Assembly (NCBI RefSeq): GCF_006345805.1
Contig: NC_043006.1
Span: 25,110,001-25,174,000 of the forward strand
DNA length: 64,000 nt
Direction of reading: 5' to 3'
From: Octopus sinensis
Lineage: Eukaryota
In this document: positions 39,951-51,546 of the stretch, piece after piece
Position numbering within the stretch: the stretch's first letter is position 1
How the letters are laid out: every line of letters starts with the position of its first letter
Program-made: the position numbers and the translations under genes
The notes under the pieces: model-generated
The model's database searches: none
What the model saw: only the letters and a program-made list of their open reading frames with translations
Told to the model about the DNA's origin: nothing

Positions 39951-40244
39951 CCTTTATGATGCATCTTGATAGTTTTGTACACTACCTGAGTGTCTGTATA
40001 TACATGTTACACACACACATATGCATCATGCGTTGACACATGTGTATGTGTATAATTGTGTGCATGCATGTGCAGATGTGTATGTGCATATGTGTGTGTG
40101 TGTATGTATGCATGTATGTGTGTGTATATGTATGGATGTGTGTGAATGTGTATGCATGTATATGTGTATGTATGTTTATATATATATATATGTTTGTAGA
40201 TGTATATATATGTGTGTAAATGCATGTCTATGTTTATATATATA

Positions 40245-41267
40245 CGTGGGACGTTCAATAAGTAATGCCCCTGATCCACTTGCAGTTGTTTGATCTAGCT
40301 GAAATTTTGCATGTGCAATTATTTATATCTCTATAGATTAAGTGGCAAATTACAGCCTGAACTAATTGTGGTTTCTGATTTATAGGTGTTTGAACTGAGT
40401 CAAGTGTGAAATGGAGCCTGTTGAGTGTCAAGCAGTGATTCGGTTTGAAAGGACGCACACCACAGGAGACTTTTGATGAAATGAAAGTAACTTATGGTGA
40501 TGATGCCCCATCATATGACCTTGTAAAACGCTGGCATCGTGAATTCAAACATGGTCGGAACTCTGTGGAAACAGCTCCCAGATCTGGTCGCCCCACTTCT
40601 GCCATTGATGAAGCATCTGTCTGTCAAGTTGAAGCTGCCATTTTGGAAGATCGACGCATAACTATTCGCCAAATAGCCCATGAGGTCAAGATTAGTACCA
40701 GGTCTGTGGAAACTATCATTCATGACCATTTGCATGTGCAAAAGGTGTCTGCCAGATGGATTCCCAGGCTGCTCACACCTTTCCAGAAGCAAGAATGTGT
40801 CGAGTGCTCGAGGATGAATTTGGAGATGTGCCAAGAAAATGAGTCGAAAATTTTTCAAAAGACTGATTACACAGGATGAAACCTGGGTCCATCACTATGA
40901 TCCAGAGACCAAAGCCCAGTCAATGCAGTGGAAGCACCATGACTCACCTCCTCCAAAGAAGGCAAGAGTGCAGCCCTTCGCTGGCAAGGTCATGCTCACA
41001 GTCTTCTGGGACCAGGACAGAGTAGTGATGACAGATTTCCTGGCAAAGGGTACCACAATTACAGGAGCCTATTATGCTTCAGGAAATTAAGAGAAGCTAT
41101 CAAAATCAAGAGGCGGGGCAAGATCAGCAAAGGCATCCTCCTTCTGCAGGACAACGCTCCAGTCCACAACTCACGTGTCGCCACAGGCGTGCGGTTATGA
41201 ACTCCTCCCCCATCCCCCTACTCTCCTGACCTTGCACCCTCTGATTTTCACCTCTTCCCAGCCATGA
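40245..41267 (+). mobile_element. mariner transposon, frameshifted, 3' end lost at a SINE insertion
   Basis: TA|CGTGGGACGTTCAATAAGTAATGCCC terminus; HTH N-terminus, WIPRLL, TQDETWVHHYDPE, QDNAP, YSPDLAPSDFHLF motifs. Confidence 0.92.
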
Positions 41268-41370
41268 GGCTATAGCAGAAGACACTTGCCCAAGGTGCCA
41301 CGCAGTGGGAATGAACCCGGAACCATGTGGTTGGTAAACAAGCTACTTACCACACAGCCACTCCTGCGCC
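41268..41370 (-). mobile_element. SINE 5' part
   Basis: gacacttgcccaaggtgccacgcagtggga...cacacagccactcctgcgcc. Confidence 0.85.
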
Positions 41371-42033
41371 TATATTTATAAATGTTGTTTATATATTTGT
41401 ACATTTCTGCTGATGGATAGTTGGGTGATTGGATTGGTTGAGAGATAAATGGGTAATTGTTTGGGTGTGTGGATTAAATATATATGTATGTGAATGTATG
41501 CATATATGTTTGTATTTGTGTGTGTGTGTGTGTGCAAGTTTGTATGTGTTTGTTTTATGTCATATATGCTTATGTGTCTTAAAAGAAATTGGTTCTTATA
41601 GCCTTTGCATTACATCAAACCTTAACTGATTTATAATGCAGGTTTGATGACCCTATACTATTAGCTTGGTCAATGTTCTTCCCCCTTTATATATATATTT
41701 TTTATTTATAGTTCTTTTTTAAATTTTATTTCTCTCTCTGGTCACATGTACATCAATTTGAGAGAGGTGTGGCATAATTCAGACAGCTTTTGATACACTG
41801 TTTTTCTGTCTCTAGCTAAATTGTATGACATGAAAGGTTTCAATAAATTGTAATATGGGAAAAGTGTATATATTTGGTGCTTTGACACATTTGTTCTTGA
41901 ATTTATTGCAGGATCCTATTGAGTTGAAGGCAATGTTGCATAATGTTTCTATAACTGATATGTAATTATTTTGGCATTTTTCTGAAATGTGTGTATTTCC
42001 CATAAAGCATTTAATACCATATCTGTTTTCTGC

Positions 42034-42091
<58 letters not shown>

Positions 42092-42094
42092 CGT

Positions 42095-42935
42095 TATTCT
42101 CATTTTACTTGTCAGAGCTTTCAGTTTTACTTGCTCTAGTTAATTCTGTAAGAGCAGACATCAACCTGTTGTCAAAGGTCTCACAATGTCTCTTTCCATC
42201 ATACTTAACACCCAACTGCCAATCTCAAAATCCTCACTGTCCTCAATAGAGCATTTTCTGAATATATTTCCCAAATCTGGGCTTTTCCTCCTGCATCCCT
42301 TCTGTTCCACTGGCAGTTTGTCATTTCCAGGCAGTCATACACACAATTAGATATTATTCCTGTCATCAACTTCCTCATCAAGGGTAGGCAGGAGATTGGC
42401 CAGTAATTATCCACTGCATTACCATTACCGGGGCCCATTTGGCAAACAACTGTTTTACCTGCAGTCATCTACTTTGGTGTTTCCACCTCATTGTCTATCC
42501 ATTTGTACAGCTATTCTTTTGTGTAATGCTGAGAAATATTTCAGCCAGTACCCTTGTACCCCATCCAGGCCTGGACATTTCCAGTCTGGAACTTTTATTG
42601 TCTGCTTGGTCACCATTTCAGCTGTTATTCTTTTACTGTTCTGTTTCACTTCATTTTTCTCAACCATTCAGCACCTTTCTTATGCTTTCTTCCAAATGTT
42701 TCTCCCAAATATTTCGCCAGAACCTCCTATTTTCTTCATTGTCTCTCGCTGTTGTTAACCTTTCCATTTCGCTGCTAATAAGCCCTTTTCTGATCCTTTT
42801 GGAACAATCTATTGATTTTATTTTGTTCAATTCTTTTGTCATACTTCTTGGTTTTTGTAGCTTTAACCTGCAATTTCAGCTCTTTGAGGACTACATGTAC
42901 ACGATAACACTTCCAATCAGTTAAGATGAGAAACC
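42095..42935 (-). mobile_element. R4/Dong-clade LINE, internally deleted
   Basis: RRFWRNIWE; GNAVDNYWPISCLPLMRKLMTGII (NYRPITCL-like RT motif); ENALLRTVRILR (LLGTARILR-like C-terminus); ends in (TAA)n at 42030-42095. Confidence 0.75.
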
Positions 42936-42955
42936 ATTATTATTATTATTATTAT

Positions 42956-43512
42956 TGAGTAAGAGAGCAGTGCATGCCATCAAAGTGACACTGGGGTAAA
43001 ATATACGAAGCCCAGTATACCCATCATGACTACCCGTCTGATAAGGGTACACCAAGCACATGCATCACAACCATATGTGCACGACATGGTGATCTCATAA
43101 CAAGATAAACAGCGTATGACCTTGCGGGTGGGGCCCAGTTAGAATTTTCTTCTGGTCGGGTAACCCATCCCACTCAAAAGTTCCTTGATTAAAGGTTGTT
43201 TAAGGATGTTGAATGAAACACCCATATTTCCAGAGGTGAATTATTCAAATCCCAAAGATTCCCTCTTGACACTTGGCTATGATGCTCCCCCACTACTTCT
43301 ACTCATGATCAGAGATGCACATATCGTCAGCCACTGAGGGACATACTCAACTGGTTATGGTCAAACAACTGACAAGCAAATCTGTAGTATTGAGCAGAAT
43401 ATTTGCTGTAGACCATCTTTTATACCAAGACAAAACAATGTACATGATAACACTTCCAGTCAGTTAAGATGAGAAGCCATGAGAGCCACTGCCTGGTACT
43501 GCATCAGGGCAT
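42956..43512 (-). mobile_element. 557-bp non-coding retroposon flanked by (TAA)n
   Basis: Homologous to 50001-50338(+); 3' end ctcactcaataataat. Confidence 0.8.
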
Positions 43513-43564
43513 TTATCATTATTATTTTTATTTTTTTATATTTTTTTTTATTATTATTATTATT

Positions 43565-43990
43565 CAACATTTGATAGTTTCAGGCAGATTTCTACTGCAT
43601 CACCTCCATGTTGCTGGGGTGTGTGCAACATTGTATATTCATTTTGTTGTGGGTTTAGTTGAAGTCTTTTGTTCTGTTAGTGTTTGTATTGTGTGTTGTG
43701 TGTGAATTCAAGTTGTGTTCTTCTGTTGGGTATCCAGCCTGTAGAATACATGTTGCAGGGCTGAATCAGTAGTGTCTTGCATAAGATGTGGGCTGTTTTT
43801 TTTTTCTTTTTATCATACCTTAAACTGTTATTACTGGTATTGTTCTCACTTTCCTGCACCACAACTTGAATACTTCAGTTTTAAGGTCTAGAATTTGTCT
43901 CATATCTTGTTAGTCTCTGTCTAGCTGCCTGAATTATATTTGTTTTCAAGCCCAGGAAACTTCAAGTTGCATGGCACCATCTCAACCTGT
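43565..43990 (-). mobile_element. R4/Dong LINE 3' end
   Basis: DLKTEVFKLWC...IPVIT...TAHILCKTL; (TAA)n tail near 43550-43565. Confidence 0.65.
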
Positions 43991-44019
43991 TATTTAATAA
44001 TATATTGTATAGAGATGGC

Positions 44020-44210
44020 AAGCTGGCAGAATGTTTAGTAGCATTTCTTTTTATCAGTATGTTCTCAGTTCAACTTCTGCCCAAGGTCAACTTTGCCCTC
44101 CATCCTTTTGGGGTTGATAAAATAAGTACCTGTTGAGCACTGGGGTCAATGTAATTGACTTACCCTCTACCCCAAACTTGCTAACTCGGTGCCAAAATTT
44201 GAAGCCAATA
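44020..44210 (+). mobile_element. tRNA-derived SINE (second family, degenerate)
   Basis: ggcaagctggcagaatgtttag...gttcaacttctgcccaaggtcaactttgcc...gccaaaatttgaagccaat. Confidence 0.75.
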
Positions 44211-44230
44211 ATATATATAACATGGTTAGG

Positions 44231-44363
44231 ACTTCTCTTTCAGGAAATCTTCAGAGGAAAGGTGTTGTTAGCTGATATCTCTGTTCTGTAGAGAAGCCAG
44301 CTAACAACACCTTTTCTGCGAAGATTTCCTGAAGAAGGGATCCTAGTCTCAAAATATTGAAAT
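44231..44363 (+). ncRNA. Small foldback with minimal hammerhead motif in right arm
   Basis: Arms about 44231-44274 / 44298-44345; atttc-CTGAAGA-agggatcctagtctc-AAAAT-ATT-gaaat with a perfect 5-bp stem I; core GAAA reads AAAA. Confidence 0.55.
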
Positions 44364-44734
44364 ACCAATTAAATGTACAAACTATTCGCCTGCATTATTA
44401 ATTTTTATAGGTTGCATTGTTTTGACTTTAGGAGAAATATTAAAAGCATTTATATGTATATATATTGTAGTTATTCAGACAGATTATACTGTGATACAAA
44501 TATGAATGCATGAGTTTCTAAAGTCTATATTTTACCAATATATATACTCTGTGTGTGTGTGTGGTGTGTGTGTGTGTGTGGTTGCATTTGCAGTGTCCTT
44601 TAATATAACCCTAGACCAACAAAACCCTTATCAGCAAATTTGGTAGGCAGAAACTGAAAGAAGCCAGTTGTACATATACATATACACATACATATGTGTA
44701 TATAAACATGTATATAAATACATATATGTATGTA

Positions 44735-44814
<80 letters not shown>

Positions 44815-44949
44815 GCTAACCTCAAAGTTCATCTGTTTTCCTGCATTTTGATTAAGATGATAAAGACTACAAATAAAATGGTTGAATGTGTTGATTTCTT
44901 ACTTTCTTTTTCTTCCCTTAATCATTTGTACAACTTTCAAAGAACAGTA

Positions 44950-45545
44950 TCTATCTATCTATATTATACTAAAACTCAAAGTGTGTTTGTTTTCCTGCTA
45001 TTTGATTAAGATGATAAGGATTACAAATAAAATAGTTATTTTTGCCTTCAAGAAAAAAATAATCAAGTTGAAAATGTTGACACTTCAGAGTCATCACAGC
45101 TACTGTTGTCCATCCTTTTTTTCTTACTTAATGGATAGGTATATTAGACCATCCAAAGCAGTGGCATCCATTTTAGGATTTTCAATTCAGGAAAGAACAC
45201 CTACAATAGTGAGACTGCAAGTTCATCTACCAGATGAACAAAGAATATTGTTCAGAAATAATGAGGATATATATGGCTGTCAATGAACGACTTTTGAGAA
45301 CAACATTGACAGAATTCTTTTCATTGTGCATCAATGATGACTTTACAGAAACATTATTTTATGCTGAAGTACCCATATATTTCACTCGGAACAGTAGTAA
45401 CAAGAATGGCAAAGGAGACAGTGAAGAAAAAAGTTGAAGGCCATTAGAACGTTTTCAAAGAAGAAGCATTTGGTTGTGTTTATGTTGTCACACCAAAAGC
45501 AGGAGAACTGTATTATTTAAGAATTTTATTGCATGAAGTCCCAAA
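44950..45545 (+). mobile_element. Helitron fragment with RepHel remnant
   Basis: A|TCtatctatctatattatactaaaac 5' end; RYIRPSKAVASILGFSIQERTPTIVRLQVHLPDEQ, TTLTEFF, GELYYLRILLHEV. Confidence 0.82.
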
Positions 45546-45754
45546 AAGTTTTTTTTTTCCTTTCCTACCGTGCATCAAGATTTTCAACTTGGAATGGTTG
45601 TGACCCGATGGGTCACAGTGGGTGCATGTAATATGTATGTATGTATGTATGAATGAATGAATGAATGAATGAATCCTTTTTGGGGGGTTTTTAAGGCTCA
45701 CATAAAGCTATAAATAACAGCATGTAAATATTGGGCTGTAAAACCTTCTAGGAT

Positions 45755-45830
45755 AAAAAATGCTAAAAGCTGCCCGTGGGACTTGAACTTGTGTCTCCTG
45801 TAGACATGACAAGCACTCTACCATTGTCCC
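45755..45830 (-). other. tRNA-like relic (pseudogene or SINE head)
   Basis: tgggacaatggtagag (A-box-like), cttgt/acagg stem with 7-nt loop, gttcaagtccc (B-box-like), then tttt; acceptor and T stems mismatched. Confidence 0.45.
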
Positions 45831-45839
45831 AAAGCAATT

Positions 45840-46115
45840 CTTCAAAGTTCTATTTTAGAAACTTTATTCTTACCAGCAAAAATTATGTCATAAGAATATA
45901 TAACAATAATAATAGAGGAGATAATCACACCAGTCTGTATAATTTCAATTTAAGCAATAGCATTGACAATAGTGACAGTAATATAAATAAAAATGTTAAT
46001 ATTGAAAATTTTGATAACAATGATGTTGGGATCAGCAATAATAGTAACATTGAAAGCAATAGTAACAGCAATAATAATGATAATAATGATAATAATACTG
46101 ATGATGATAATAATA

Positions 46116-46150
<35 letters not shown>

Positions 46151-46940
46151 GCAATAATAATAGCAATAATAATAGCAATAATAGTAACAAGATGGTAAAT
46201 AGAGACATCAAAAAAGGCTTGTAATGATCAATTTGAAAGCAGTTTAGTAAAGAGATGTAATTTTAGAAACAGGGTTACTTGTCCTCTAGGAAATGAGTGC
46301 ATCTATAGGAACATTGTATACAAATGTGTGGTCTGGGCAAGAGCAAAGATATTTGCATATATAGGTGCAACAAGCAATTACTTAAAAAATCATTACCACA
46401 ATAACTTTGCATCATTGACAAAAGACACAACACATCCTTTGCCGACCTGATTTAGTGTCTCAGAGAAAACAAAACAGATTATGATATATAATGGATAGTG
46501 GTAAGAAATGCATACCCATACAGTGCATATTCCAAATCATGCAATCTTTGCTCTGAGGAGGCACTGTGCATTTTAATGTGCAGAGGTGGACTTATTAAAG
46601 TACACTTTGAACTCACTGCAAAATGTAACCAAAGAATCAAATGTTTATTTCAGGAAATTGGAAAACAGTCATAAATTCCATTTGTATATTTAATTATATA
46701 TGTGTATACATTTTGTTGTGCAATCTTCTACTGTGTATGCATTTTTGATGTGCAATTTTACACTAACTAGTGCATACATACCTATATTAGTGAAAATGTA
46801 GTATTTTAATTTGCTTTTAGTTAATTATATGCATATACAATTTTTGCTACAAAATCATACACCAACTGATGCATATATAACTAAGTCTGTATTCCTCTAG
46901 CAGCACAAATATCTAATGTATTTAAAACTGTGTCTTTATA
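45840..46940 (+). mobile_element. Penelope-like element 3' part with Asn-rich spacer
   Basis: Asn-rich ORF to 46198, then CPLGNECIYRNIVYKC...YIGATSN and PYSAYSKSCNLCSEE-like motifs in broken frames. Confidence 0.72.
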
Positions 46941-47169
46941 CACAATCTGTTATCATTTAACTTTAAAGACATCTTCTGTTAATTATTAATTATTAATTCT
47001 GCATGAGCAGTTTTGATATAAATACTATGTGCAGTTGCATATTTATGTGTGAGTATAATCTATTTAAATGTAGATGAGTATATATATATATGTATCTCCC
47101 TGTCTCTGTTTTTCTCTCTCTCTCTCCCCCTCTCTCTCTCTCTCTTCCCATATATGTGTGTGTGTGTAT

Positions 47170-49063
47170 TTTCTGAAATGTACAGTATTAAATATCCTTC
47201 ACGGCTGATCTTAACAATCAGTCTCATGCAAGGAATACAATGGAGTGTTAGGTAACAATCTGATTATATAACCTTATGCTCATCAGAGTTAGCTGATATG
47301 GAGGAGAGTATGGTGACTGCTCTCTGTTGTCAGAGGTGAATTAACACCTAGTTTGCAGCGCTGTGAAAAAGAAAAAGGGACAGGGGATTAGGTTAGGAAT
47401 TATGTCCTTTGGTTGGGTACGCTGTAAGGCCAGTAAGAGTTATCTTGAATTGTTTGTCAAGAAAGTGTGTTTTATTAAGTGTGGTGCTCCTATGGGGATG
47501 GGGTGTGTGGTATGTGTAGTAGTGTCATATGCATAATTTTCAGGGTTGTAGGTATATATAGTTGTGTTCATTGGTCTTTTACTCTCCATACATGCTAAGG
47601 TTGTGGGGGTTTTATGTTAGCTTGCAGTGTGTAATGTGTGTGCGGGGGAGATACAAACTGTGTGAAGGGGTATATGTTGGGGCTGATGAGATACAGTCTA
47701 TTTTGTGGGGTGTCTGCCATGTAAGGGTGTGTATGTGTGTATATGGGTGCATTGATGTGTATTCAGGTCTTTGCCAGGCCCAAAGATATTGGTGGAAGAT
47801 TGATACTGGGGGACTTATGGTTGCGGTCATGGTGGGGCACACAGGTACAATAGGATGTACTTCTTTCCATGTGGGCAAGGATTAAACACATCATTCCTGC
47901 TATTCAGGCAAATATCTGGGCGCCGGGGACCCTTTAAAATTGCTCTCTTCTCAGCCAAGTGCAACCTGCACTTCCTGCTGCTATTGAAGTATGGTTTGCA
48001 TTTTCCAGGATCTTTCACTTTTTGCTGTACTCTGTGGTGCTTTCTTTCAAAGACCAAATGTGCTTGGCTAGGGTTGTGGCATTACATCTCACCAGGATGT
48101 TGAAAGAGAACTTGTGGTTGTTAAAGCAGTTTCTGAAGGGGCCTTCCATTGCCCCCACATACTTCTTTATGCTTGGTTGCCCATTGGGTCCTATGGCTGT
48201 TACCTCTGTTTCATATACAACTGTCTCCATGTTACAATGGTCATTCAATGGACAAGTTGTGTTAGCCCTGCATGAGCATCCTGCCTTTGCTTTGGGTGTA
48301 GGCCTACCTACTATAATCTTTCGTACACTGCACAGTTAAAGGATAGTCTCAGGGTATATCTATTAAATATTTTGTTGAATCTATTAATATGATGGAAGTG
48401 TTTATCAACTTAAGTAAGGAAGATCTTACCTACTCTGGTCTTAACATTTAAAGAGAAGGGCAGCAAGAATCACAACACTTTCTGATGGCACTATCTCTTT
48501 GTGGGGCTAGGGTCGGGCATGTAAGTAATACTATGCTTGAAACTGCTGGCAGCCAGAGCCCAGATGTACTACAGGGTGGCAGCATCAAAAATCTCTTTGC
48601 TTGAAAATAGCTGGAGATTCTCCTGCTGACACCTTAACCACATTCCTGAACACTATGGCTGGATGGCAGGAACTTGTGTTAATGTATGATAGTTTCTCAT
48701 TTGGTTTCCTAAAGGGATTATAGGCATCAGATTCCAGATCCAGGGTCACATCAAGGAAATCTATTGTTTTCAGGTTGGTCTCTATTGTGACCTTCAGTTC
48801 AAGGGAGTTAATGGTAACTATAAGGTCCTTTCTGAGCTTATCTAGCATGTGGCTGTTAGCCCTTCTTATATTACCAGTGTGTCATCTCTGTGGAGGCCAA
48901 AGCTAGTTGAAGGGAATTTCTTTTTTAGCATATCTAGGATGAAGAGACCAACTAGGTCACATAGGTCAGCACTTTCAAAGGCACCCATTGCCATGTTGAA
49001 GGAACTCTCTGAGTCAGTATGTGTGGCCCAAGCCAACCCCTTACAAACAAGCTTTTGAAGCAA
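47170..49063 (-). mobile_element. Penelope-like element (RT core, thumb, GIY-YIG, 3' UTR)
   Basis: AMGAFESADLCDLVG, GLHRDD, IDFLDVTLDL...PFRKPN...YIN..SCHP, CSCRANTTCPLNDHC...VVYETEV...YVGA, CNLHLAEK. Confidence 0.9.
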
Positions 49064-49369
49064 ACTACAAAGTTTATACCCATACTGAATTTCTCTGTGT
49101 GTGTGTGTGTGTGTGTGTGTGTATGAGTTCTTTTGTCTTCACCTGTGCTCATTTGCCGATTGTAATAGCTTGTAATTGTGACAGAGAAGTTTGGTGATAG
49201 GAAGGCCATTACCTCAACATACTCTCATATGATCCATGCAAGCATGGAAAGGTAGGTATTAAAACAATGATGATACATACATATAAATACATACATGTTT
49301 CACACACACACATGCACGATCACACACACATGGTCATAAATGACAGAGAAATATTTAGATGAATCTTTA

Positions 49370-51000
49370 TTTAAAAATAAAAAATCCAAATAATTCTACA
49401 ATTTTGTTTCATAACTCAAAAAATATGTTAATAACTTATATAATCATACCTAATCATAGATAAATGACTTGCATGTCTGCACTAATACAAAATGTAAAAA
49501 ATTACCTGAAGATAATACAGAATTTGTGCTATGTCAACAGGTGGAATAGATTTTCTTCCTGAATTTAATGCTGATAGTAATAATGATCATATAAATTCTG
49601 TATTTGATATTGATAATCTAAATAATAAATATTTACCTTTAAATAATACATATATAAATACTAAAAACCAGAAAAGTTATTCACATTGTATAAATAACTC
49701 TTGTAAACACAATAGATTTAAATGTAATCAACAAAATAATCAGTACCGCTCTAATATAATTAAAGATACTAACAATATTCACAACCATGTTATTAATAAT
49801 AATAATAGAAATTATAATTTTAGTTGGAAAAAGATGCATGTATTGAAGAACTTTAACAATATAGATAATAATAATTATTATTATAGTAGTAGTTTATATA
49901 AAAATATACATTATGTAAATAATGACAAATTTCATAATTTATATTGTAGAAAAGGTATTTTATATAAAAATGGTTTGTGGTTTAACCCCCACCCCCGTTA
50001 GAAGTGGTGGGGGAGCATCATAGCCATGTGTTGAGAGGAATTCTTTGGGGTTTGAATGGTTCACCTACAGAAACATGAGTGTTTTGTTCAAAATCCTTAA
50101 ACAACCCTTATTCAGGGACCTTTTGAGCAAGATGAGCTACTCAACCTGAAGAAAATTCTAACTGGGCCCCACCTGCAAGGTCATTTGCTGTTTATCTTGA
50201 TATGAGATCACTATGTTGTGCACATATGGTTGTGATGCATGTGCCTGGTGTACCCTTACCAGATGGGTAGTCATGATGGGTATACTGGGCTTCGTATATT
50301 TTGTCACTTTGATGGCATGTACTGCTCTATCTCACTCAATAATGATAATAATAATAATAATAATAATAATGATTTTACTTTTTGCAACTGTCATGATAAA
50401 GCTAAATACCTTATTAATAAGCAATGTCTTAGGGAAAACATTGTATATAAATGTTCAGTTATGGGCCTTGGTAATGAACATGTATACATTGTTGCATCTT
50501 CATCATTTAAAATCAGATGGAATAATCATAGATCTACATTTAAAAGAGTATTTAAATAAGGCTAATTATACATCCCTAGCTAAATTTGTACATTCATTGA
50601 TGGATAATAATATTGAATATGGAATTTATTGGTCAATACTTGATTATGCACAACCTTATAGTAGTGGCAATAGATGGCAGTAACCTTTATATATCAGAGA
50701 CATTTTACATTAATAAAAACAGTAAAGAAAATGTGATTGTAATTAATTGCCATGATGAGCTTATTTTGAGATGTTAACATTTTAAATATAAATCCTTTCT
50801 ATACTATAAACTTACTTAACATTATAATTGTAATATGTCTTTATTTGTGGAAATTTTAATCTGATAGTTGTTTGCATTTTTATATTTATAGACATGTCAC
50901 CATTACTACTTTTTTCATTTCTGTTAATACCTAATTTTATATATATGTATGTATATGTATTTTCTAGATTTGTTTATGGGAAACGTTTTGAATATGCAAA
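49370..51000 (+). mobile_element. Penelope-like element 3' part with Asn-rich spacer, split by insertion
   Basis: Asn-rich ORF 49531-50001; after the insert FCNCHDK...QCLRENIVYKC...FKIRWNNHRSTF...TSLAKFVH...YWSILDYAQPY. Confidence 0.75.
50001..50338 (+). mobile_element. 5'-truncated copy of the 557-bp TAA-tailed retroposon
   Basis: Matches the 3' part of 42956-43512(-); followed by (TAA)n 50339-50370. Confidence 0.85.
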
Positions 51001-51107
51001 TAAAGCGCCTATTCCATTGTGCCACCTACAGTCAAATGATGCTGACTGGTGAACTAGTTCTTCAGGGTTGCATTGAGCTGTACCAATATAATGTACAATA
51101 AATATAA

Positions 51108-51530
51108 TCATCATCATCATTGTTTAGCACCCGCTTTCCATGCTAGCATGGGTTGGATGGTTCAACTGGGGTCTGGGAAGCCAGAAGGCTGCACCAGGCC
51201 CAGTCTGATTTGGCAATGTTTCTATGGCTGGATGCCCTTCCTAACGCCAACCACTCCGAGAGTGTAGTGGGTGCTTTTTACGTGCCACCGGCACAGGTGC
51301 CAGATGAGGCTGGCAAAAGGCCATGATTGGATGGTGCTTTTTATGTGCCACCAGCATGGAGGCCAGGCATGGCTGGCAATGGCCATGATCGGATGGTGCT
51401 TTTTATGTGCCACTGGCACAGAGGCCAGTCGGGGCAGCACTGGCAACGGCCACATTCGGATGGTTCTCTTACGTGCCACCAGCACTGGTATCACAGCTAC
51501 AATTTCCATTGATGTTGATCGATTTTGATT
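51108..51530 (-). mobile_element. RTE 3' end with tandem UTR units
   Basis: (cat)n tail; repeated ggtgctttttatgtgccacc...ggc units. Confidence 0.8.
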
Positions 51531-51546
51531 TTGATTTTGATCTAAT

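Noticed and set aside
42396-42924. Plus-strand ORFs of 120-161 aa
   Set aside because: Antisense shadows of the Dong-type RT fragment.
49531-50001. Asn-rich ORF as a host protein
   Set aside because: It leads, across an insertion, into PLE Cys-linker and GIY-YIG motifs.
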